The position numbers were made by a program, and so were the translations under genes. The notes beneath the pieces were generated by a model, which made no database searches, was not told the DNA's origin, and saw only the letters and a program-made list of their open reading frames with translations. Below, piece by piece: positions 1 to 5,343 of a DNA stretch of 7,151 bases. Each line of letters opens with the position of its first letter. Within the stretch, counting starts at the first letter, position 1. The DNA comes from Candidatus Nanopusillus sp. (GTDB lineage Archaea > Nanobdellota > Nanobdellia > Nanobdellales > Nanobdellaceae). Location of the stretch: contig JAPWTW010000012.1 of assembly GCA_028275885.1 (NCBI GenBank), positions 1 to 7,151 on the forward strand, read 5' to 3'.

Positions 1-802
1 CCAACAATATTATCCTTACGTAGGTGCTTCTCCTCAAGTAGACTCTTCTAGAATATATGATAATGGTAAATATGTATTTATAGCATATGGATATTTTAAT
101 AATACATTTGATAATTGGACAGGATATATTTTTAGTGGATCATTCTCTCCAACAGCAACTCCAAATGGTATCCAAATGTTAAATAATCAAATTCTGCAAG
201 GTACTTATATTTTACCTCCAAATAATTGGAATATTCCTTTAATACCTCTGATTGTTGAAGAGGCATGGTATTATGGAGAGGGATCTCCAAATGGAGATGC
301 AAATATAATAGCATTATTTGGAAATACAAGTCAGCAAATTTATGTTAGCCAAGTTGGATCTACTTTTAGTGGGCGTACACCAGTACCCAATTTATCTACA
401 TTTGTACAATTTAATTATTGGCCCGATAATCCTCCTCCTGGTTCTCAAGTAGTTATGTTAGAATCTGCAGTAACTTACCAATATTTAAATTATACATATT
501 TCCCACCAGATGGAGGAACAGTTTATTCATATTTAATAGTTAATTCTACATATGCACAAGCTGGATACTATTATTATAATTCTAACCAACTATGGGTTCC
601 ATTAACAATATTAAATACATATAATGTAAATTATAATGATTATATAAATGCTGATTTAAATTATAATCCATTTCAATATGGTACGTTAGAAATAAGTGCA
701 GGAGATGATTATTATCCTTTTACATCAATTCAATATGTACAATGGGTAATTGCTAGAGCATATCCTCCAAACGGTGTAATGCCTTCAATTTTTATTAGTT
801 AA
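1..802 (+). CDS. 5'-truncated gene for a putative secreted or cell-surface glycoprotein. A concanavalin-A-like/LamG (DUF2341-like) beta-sandwich fold is suspected.
   Basis: The reading frame starting at nt 2 is open from the window edge to TAA at 800-802, so the track's Met at 176 is internal. The translation starts QQYYPYVGASPQVDSSRIYDNGKYVFIAYGYFNNTFDNWTG and ends YVQWVIARAYPPNGVMPSIFIS*. It has 1 Lys in about 267 residues, is rich in Y/N/P/G/S/T/Q, and has five N-x-S/T sequons. The fold call rests on motif recollection only. Confidence 0.7.
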   Translation, partial: QQYYPYVGASPQVDSSRIYDNGKYVFIAYGYFNNTFDNWTGYIFSGSFSPTATPNGIQMLNNQILQGTYILPPNNWNIPLIPLIVEEAWYYGEGSPNGDANIIALFGNTSQQIYVSQVGSTFSGRTPVPNLSTFVQFNYWPDNPPPGSQVVMLESAVTYQYLNYTYFPPDGGTVYSYLIVNSTYAQAGYYYYNSNQLWVPLTILNTYNVNYNDYINADLNYNPFQYGTLEISAGDDYYPFTSIQYVQWVIARAYPPNGVMPSIFIS

Positions 803-803
803 A

Positions 804-809
804 TTTTTT
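804..809 (+). terminator. Oligo-T (T6) tract immediately after the stop codon; candidate archaeal intrinsic terminator.
   Basis: The sequence TAAATTTTTTG places a T6 run 2 nt after the stop at 800-802. Archaeal RNAP terminates at oligo-T tracts. T runs are common in such AT-rich DNA, so this is weak evidence. Confidence 0.35.
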
Positions 810-956
810 GATATTAAAGAATAATTTATCATCTAGAGTATAATAAAATTATAATTCAACATCTCTTAATGGAAAAATAGATTTAATACAAAATAGTCAG
901 TTTGTCTATTCACATAATCCCCTATTAGGTCAACTAAGTTCTTAAAACAAAATCCT

Positions 957-982
957 TATAAACAATTTTTATAAACAATTTT
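957..982 (+). repeat. Perfect tandem duplication of the 13-mer TATAAACAATTTT. Each copy carries a TATA-like box, and the repeat ends 2 nt before the rpoD ATG.
   Basis: Nt 957-969 and 970-982 are identical. TTATAAA of the first copy starts at 956, which is 29 nt upstream of ATG 985, the right spacing for a leaderless archaeal promoter. An A-rich BRE-like AAAACAAAATCC lies just upstream. The TATA of the second copy lies only about 13 nt from the ATG. Confidence 0.6.
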
Positions 983-984
983 AA

Positions 985-1758
985 ATGCCAGAAATATTGT
1001 TATTAGAGAAAGCAACCGATAAATATGCAGTCGATAAAGATAAGAAAATATATAAGTTAAAATTATTGATAAGAGATGTAACTCCGAATTTCTTAAATGT
1101 TCTAAGGAGGACAATCTTGGAAGAAGTAAAAACATTAGCAATTGAAGATGTTTATATTATAGAAAATAATTCTGCAATGTGGGATGAAATGATAGCACAT
1201 AGATTAGGCTTAGTTGTATTAAATACTCCCGAAAATATTAAAGAAAATGAAGAAGTAAAATTTTATTTAGAAAAAAATGAAAAGGGATATATATATGGTT
1301 CTGATTTAAAGACAGATAAAAAAGATGTGTATGTAATTTATCCAGAAACAATGATTGCATATATAGATGAAAATCAAAAAATAAAAATAGAAGCCGTTGC
1401 AGTACTTGGTAATGGAAAGCAACATGCAAAATTTATACCTGGACATGTTTATTATTATAGAACTGGAGAATTAAAATTAGAAGGAAAATTAGATGAAAAG
1501 GAATTAGAAAATTTAAAATTGTTGGGAGTAGAAATAAAGAAAAATAAAATACAAATACCAAAAGAAAAAGAATATGACAGAACTTTTTTAGATGCAATAG
1601 AAAGAGCATCAAATGAAAAAATAAAGGTTATACCAAAAGATGAATTTATTTTTGTTATAGAATCCTTTGGACAATATTCAGCAGAAAGATTAATACCATT
1701 AGCTATTAAAGAATTAAAAAATAAATTAAACAATTTATTGGAATTTTTATCTAAATAA
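985..1758 (+). CDS. rpoD: DNA-directed RNA polymerase subunit D (Rpo3; Rpb3/AC40/bacterial alpha homologue).
   Basis: The ORF is 257 aa. The N-terminal dimerisation-domain signature FLNVLRRTILEEVKTLAIEDVYIIENNSAMWDEMIAHRLGLVVL matches the RpoD/Rpb3 consensus (ANALRR..L.EVP..AI..V.I..NTS...DE.LAHRLGL.PL). The C-terminal FIFVIESFGQYSAERLIPLAIKELKNKL matches the returning dimerisation helix. Confidence 0.9.
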   Translation: MPEILLLEKATDKYAVDKDKKIYKLKLLIRDVTPNFLNVLRRTILEEVKTLAIEDVYIIENNSAMWDEMIAHRLGLVVLNTPENIKENEEVKFYLEKNEKGYIYGSDLKTDKKDVYVIYPETMIAYIDENQKIKIEAVAVLGNGKQHAKFIPGHVYYYRTGELKLEGKLDEKELENLKLLGVEIKKNKIQIPKEKEYDRTFLDAIERASNEKIKVIPKDEFIFVIESFGQYSAERLIPLAIKELKNKLNNLLEFLSK

Positions 1759-1759
1759 A

Positions 1760-1769
1760 TTTATAAATA
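1760..1769 (+). promoter_or_regulatory. TATA-like box (TTTATAAATA) for the small membrane-protein gene.
   Basis: TTATAAA starts 28 nt upstream of ATG 1789. The 30-bp spacer after rpoD has no SD-like purine tract. Confidence 0.4.
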
Positions 1770-1788
1770 AATATTATATAATTTATTA

Positions 1789-2124
1789 ATGGATTGGAAG
1801 AAGGTTGTTTTAGTTTCTATATTTTCAGTATTAGTATCTTTTTTACCAGAAGTAGGAACAACAGTAGCAATATCATTACTAATATATATGTTAGTAAAGG
1901 GTATGGATAAATGTATTATATCAAATCTAGGATTGGCATTGGAATTTGCAGGACTTTTAATATATATAATGGGACCTCTATTACAACCAGTATATTCAGA
2001 CTTCCAATCAATAATGCAAGATGGGATTTATTTATTAATAGGTGGTCTTGTATTATTATTAGTAGGAATGTTGATAGTTATGCTAGTTAAAAACAAGGTA
2101 AAGGAAAATATATATGAAGTATAA
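1789..2124 (+). CDS. Small integral membrane protein of unknown function, 111 aa, with about 4 predicted TM helices.
   Basis: The hydrophobic segments are VVLVSIFSVLVSFL, TTVAISLLIYMLV, IISNLGLALEFAGLLIYIMGPLL and IYLLIGGLVLLLVGMLIVMLV. Positive charges (MDWKK, KGMDK, KNKVKEN) fall on alternate loops, consistent with N-in/C-in topology. I recognise no family motif. Confidence 0.65.
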   Translation: MDWKKVVLVSIFSVLVSFLPEVGTTVAISLLIYMLVKGMDKCIISNLGLALEFAGLLIYIMGPLLQPVYSDFQSIMQDGIYLLIGGLVLLLVGMLIVMLVKNKVKENIYEV

Positions 2125-2133
2125 TCTATAGTC

Positions 2134-2142
2134 TTTTATATA
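2134..2142 (+). promoter_or_regulatory. TATA-like box (TTTTATATA) for valS.
   Basis: TTATATA starts 27 nt upstream of ATG 2163. The spacer is 38 bp and has no SD. The neighbouring T6 (2143-2148) and T5 (2156-2160) runs could also terminate the upstream gene. Confidence 0.4.
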
Positions 2143-2162
2143 TTTTTTATATATATTTTTGA

Positions 2163-4397
2163 ATGGATAAGAGACCTGATTATAAAACAATCGAAAAAGA
2201 GATATTGAACCTCTGGAATAAAAATAAGGAAATTTTTAGATTTGATATTAATAAAGATAAAAGATATATAATAGATACTCCACCACCATTTACTTCTGGA
2301 GAAGCACATATGGGTCATGCTCTAGAATTTATATGGATAGATTTTTTGGCTAGATATAAAAGATTAGAAGGTTATAATGTATATTTTCCTTTAGGATTTG
2401 ATTGTCATGGTTTGCCAACAGAATTAAAAATTATAAATAAATTAAAGATATCTAAAGAGAATAAAGAACAATTTATAAAAGCATGTATTGATTGGACAAA
2501 TAAAATGATCGAATCTATGTATAAAACATTTGAAAGATTAGGATCATCATTTGATAGAGATAAAGTATACAAAACAATTGATAGAAAATATGAAGCATTT
2601 GTTCAATATACATTGATAAAAATGTTTAATGATGGTTTAATTGAAAGAAAAAGATATCCAATAATGTGGTGTCCAAAATGCCAAACAGCAATTTCAATGC
2701 AAGAAGCTGGATATTTAGAAAAAGAAGGATATCTGATATATATAAAATTACCAACAAACAATGGAAAATATATATTAATAGCAACAACAAGACCAGAATT
2801 AATTAATTCATGTTCATTAATATTAATTGCAAAAAATAAATATGTAGAAACTGAAGATAATTTAATTGTATCAAAAATATATGCAGAAAAAAATAATCTA
2901 AAGATCATAAAAGAATATGATTATAAAGAATTAGAAAATTTAGAAGTTACGATTCCATTAATAAATAGAAAAGTAAAAATTATTTCTGATGAAGATATAG
3001 ATTATAATTTTGGGACTGGAATTGTGTGGATATGTACATATGGAGATCCTTATGATATAAAATGGAGAGAAAAATACAATTTACCTGAAATAATTTCTGT
3101 ATCTGAAGATGGAAGAATAATATCAAGTATAAAAGAAATAAATGGATTAAAAGTTGAAGAAGCAAGGGAAAAAATGAAGGAAATATTAAAGGACTATATA
3201 TATAAAATAGAAAAAATAAAACATAATATATTATCACATACTGAAAGATCTGATTGTTTATCACCATTAGAATTTATTCCAAAAGAACAATTCTTTATAA
3301 AAATAAAAGATTTAAAAGAAAAAATATTGGAATGGCAAAAAAATACTAAAATAATTCCTGAAAGCGAAGTAAAAAGATTAATTGATTGGATAAATAATAT
3401 AGATCAGGATTGGAATATTTCTAGGACAAAAATATTATGGGGTCTTGCATTTCCATTTTATGAAAAAGATGGAAAAATATATTCAGTAAATATAGAAGAT
3501 TTACCAATTGATCCAAGAATAGATAAAGAAAAAGTAAAAAAATATAATGGAAAATTCTTTGAAGACGAAACTGTTGATGTATGGGTTGAATCTTCAATAA
3601 CACCTTTAGTAATATTATATTATGCATTGACAGAAAATAAAGAATTTAATCCAAAAGAATTACCAGAATTATTTAATAAAACGAAAGAATATTTGCCTGT
3701 AGATTTAAGACAACAAGGATATGAAATAATAAGAACATGGTTATTTGATACAATTGTAAGAGTAAATTTATTAACAAATAAAAGTCCGTGGAAATATGCA
3801 TTAATTCATGGAATGGTATTAGATGAAAAGGGAAGAAAAATGTCAAAATCTTTAGGAAATGCAGTAGATCCAAATGAAATAATGGACAAATATTCTCCAG
3901 ATGCTTTAAGATATTGGGCTTTATTAGCTGCACCAGGTAATGATTATAGATTTAATACAAAAGATATTGAATCTGGACAAGCATTTATAATAAAACTATG
4001 GAACATTGGAAGATATATTGAAATGAATATAAAAGAAAAGCCAGAAAGGGTTCTAGAATTAAAAGATGAAGATATAGAAATAATAAAAATATTAAAAGAA
4101 AATATTGAAAAATCTAAAGAATATGTTGATCAATTTAGATATTCTGAATATGTAAAATTATGGAGAAAATTTACATGGGAAGATTTTGCAAATAATTATT
4201 TAGAAAAAATAAAGGAAAGGATAAAAAATAATGATAAAACTGCAAAATATCTATTATACACTATATATAAAATAATCTTAATTATGTTACATCCAATTTT
4301 ACCATATATAACAGAATATATATATCAACAATTATATAAGGAAAATAAATTAATTATTGAAAATAAAATTGATGAAATAATAAAGCTTATTTTATAA
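2163..4397 (+). CDS. valS: Valyl-tRNA synthetase (class Ia), compact 744-aa form.
   Basis: IDTPPPFTSGEAHMGH carries the HIGH motif (HMGH, nt 2307-2318) and the archaeal ValRS-type PPP context. Other matches are RYKRLEGYNVYFPLGFDCHGLPTE, WCPKCQTAIS, the CP1 editing-domain marks ATTRPEL and FGTGIVWICTYGD, HTERSDCLSPLEF..EQFFIK (cf. ValRS SDRSG..IEP...QWY), DWNISR, KMSKS (nt 3837-3851, GRKMSKSLGNAVDP), and the anticodon-domain FTWEDFANNYLEKIKERI. Confidence 0.93.
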   Translation: MDKRPDYKTIEKEILNLWNKNKEIFRFDINKDKRYIIDTPPPFTSGEAHMGHALEFIWIDFLARYKRLEGYNVYFPLGFDCHGLPTELKIINKLKISKENKEQFIKACIDWTNKMIESMYKTFERLGSSFDRDKVYKTIDRKYEAFVQYTLIKMFNDGLIERKRYPIMWCPKCQTAISMQEAGYLEKEGYLIYIKLPTNNGKYILIATTRPELINSCSLILIAKNKYVETEDNLIVSKIYAEKNNLKIIKEYDYKELENLEVTIPLINRKVKIISDEDIDYNFGTGIVWICTYGDPYDIKWREKYNLPEIISVSEDGRIISSIKEINGLKVEEAREKMKEILKDYIYKIEKIKHNILSHTERSDCLSPLEFIPKEQFFIKIKDLKEKILEWQKNTKIIPESEVKRLIDWINNIDQDWNISRTKILWGLAFPFYEKDGKIYSVNIEDLPIDPRIDKEKVKKYNGKFFEDETVDVWVESSITPLVILYYALTENKEFNPKELPELFNKTKEYLPVDLRQQGYEIIRTWLFDTIVRVNLLTNKSPWKYALIHGMVLDEKGRKMSKSLGNAVDPNEIMDKYSPDALRYWALLAAPGNDYRFNTKDIESGQAFIIKLWNIGRYIEMNIKEKPERVLELKDEDIEIIKILKENIEKSKEYVDQFRYSEYVKLWRKFTWEDFANNYLEKIKERIKNNDKTAKYLLYTIYKIILIMLHPILPYITEYIYQQLYKENKLIIENKIDEIIKLIL

Positions 4398-4583
4398 AGA
4401 ATAGAATTAAAGATTATATTATGAGAGATATATTGAATTTTTTGCATTTACAAAAGAAGAATGGGATAATCCAAAAAGTTTATTTATAATTAATATGAAA
4501 AAGAGGCAAAGAAATTAGAAGAATTGTTAAAATCTTATGAAGTATATTTTTAAATAATTAAAAATACACCAAAATAATAATAC

Positions 4584-4595
4584 TTTTTATAAAAA
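4584..4595. terminator. 12-bp palindrome TTTTTATAAAAA in the convergent valS/tpiA spacer; possible bidirectional oligo-T terminator.
   Basis: It reads as T5 on both strands. Additional tracts are T6 at 4438-4443 on the plus strand downstream of valS, and A5 at 4633-4637, which is T5 on the minus strand directly after the tpiA stop. Chance occurrence in AT-rich DNA is plausible. Confidence 0.3.
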
Positions 4596-4637
4596 CTTTT
4601 AATTTTGGAATAGTCAAAATTAAAGTATATTTAAAAA

Positions 4638-5303
4638 TTATCTTATAAAACCTTCGGCCAATTCTTTTATTTTTTCATAAAAATTATTTGCTTTTGTAAC
4701 TGCAGAAGATAATAAAACGCCTTCAGCACCAAATTCTAATGCTTTCTTTACATCTTCTTTATTACTTATACCAGCTCCAACCAATACTCTAATATTTGGA
4801 TTTATTTCTTTAATCATTTTAACAGAATTTATTACTATTTCTGGTTTTGCAGTTGATACAGAAATTCCAGTTCCTATTAATTCAGGTGGCTCTACAGCAA
4901 CATAATCTGGATTTAATTTTGCAACTGCAGCTCCTACAATATTATCATTTGCACATACTATTGTAATTAAACCCAATCTTTTTGCTATATTTATTGCTTT
5001 TTCTATATCTATAATTTTCATTGGTTTTTCAGAATGATTTATTAAAGTTCCAACAGCACCAGCTTCTTTTACAGCTTCAGGTAAAATATGTCCTGTATAA
5101 GCACCTGGTTCAATTGGATCTATATGTTGTGCAAATATTTTTACCTTTCTTGTATTTTTTGATAACAAATATATATCAGTAAATTGGGGAGCAATTCCTA
5201 TATCAATATTATATTCTTCAGAAACTTTTTCAGCAGCTTCTAATAATTCTAATCCTCTTTTTCCAATTGTTTCTATATAAGATTTTAAATTTATAACCAA
5301 CAT
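4638..5303 (-). CDS. tpiA: Triosephosphate isomerase, short archaeal type (221 aa).
   Basis: MLVINLKSY carries the catalytic Lys context, GTLINHSE the catalytic His, and YVAVEPPELIGTG the catalytic Glu. VLVGAGIS and GVLLSSAV are the phosphate-binding loops. The length is typical of archaeal TIMs. Confidence 0.92.
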   Translation of the reverse strand: MLVINLKSYIETIGKRGLELLEAAEKVSEEYNIDIGIAPQFTDIYLLSKNTRKVKIFAQHIDPIEPGAYTGHILPEAVKEAGAVGTLINHSEKPMKIIDIEKAINIAKRLGLITIVCANDNIVGAAVAKLNPDYVAVEPPELIGTGISVSTAKPEIVINSVKMIKEINPNIRVLVGAGISNKEDVKKALEFGAEGVLLSSAVTKANNFYEKIKELAEGFIR

Positions 5304-5343
5304 TTTATAATTTATAAAATTCGTAAATTTATAAGAATTTATA
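5304..5343. promoter_or_regulatory. 40-bp divergent promoter region between tpiA (minus) and the P-type ATPase gene (plus), with four TTTATAA heptamers.
   Basis: TTTATAA occurs at 5304-5310, 5311-5317, 5328-5334 and 5338-5344. On the plus strand, TTATAAA at 5312-5318 lies 32 nt upstream of ATG 5344. On the minus strand, TTATAAA at comp(5328-5334) lies 31 nt upstream of the tpiA ATG at comp(5301-5303). Neither side has an SD. Confidence 0.5.

Noticed and set aside
176-802. The track's start at Met 176 for the first ORF.
   Set aside because: The same frame is open with no stop back to nt 2 and continues in the same composition. The gene is therefore truncated by the window edge, and Met 176 is most likely internal.
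1-802. Horizontal-transfer call for the surface-protein gene, based on its higher GC (about 32-37%) than valS or the ATPase gene (about 18-25%).
   Set aside because: Sampled lines of the housekeeping tpiA gene show similar GC (about 35%). The difference is better explained by amino-acid composition (few Lys, Ile and Asn-Lys runs) than by foreign origin. There are no flanking mobility genes or repeats.
847-945. A 32-codon stop-free stretch (NYNSTSLNGKIDLIQNSQFVYSHNPLLGQLSS*) in the spacer upstream of rpoD, with composition like the surface protein.
   Set aside because: It has no start codon, it is in a different frame from the upstream gene, and it is short enough to arise by chance.
803-956. 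Possible C/D-box sRNA or other ncRNA in the 803-956 and 4398-4637 spacers, or a split-tRNA half as seen in Nanoarchaeota.
   Set aside because: I found no RUGAUGA C box paired with a CUGA D box at sensible spacing. The only CTGA, on the minus strand at comp(897-900), lacks a partner. No spacer has the GC-rich stem-forming segments expected for tRNA, tRNA halves or structured thermophile RNAs.
4421-4489. A 22-codon sORF (MRDILNFLHLQKKNGIIQKVYL*) with a TATA-like TTTTATAAAG overlapping the valS stop about 26 nt upstream.
   Set aside because: It contains an internal T6 tract (4438-4443) that would be expected to terminate archaeal transcription. TATA-like strings are frequent in this AT-rich DNA, and nothing else supports coding.
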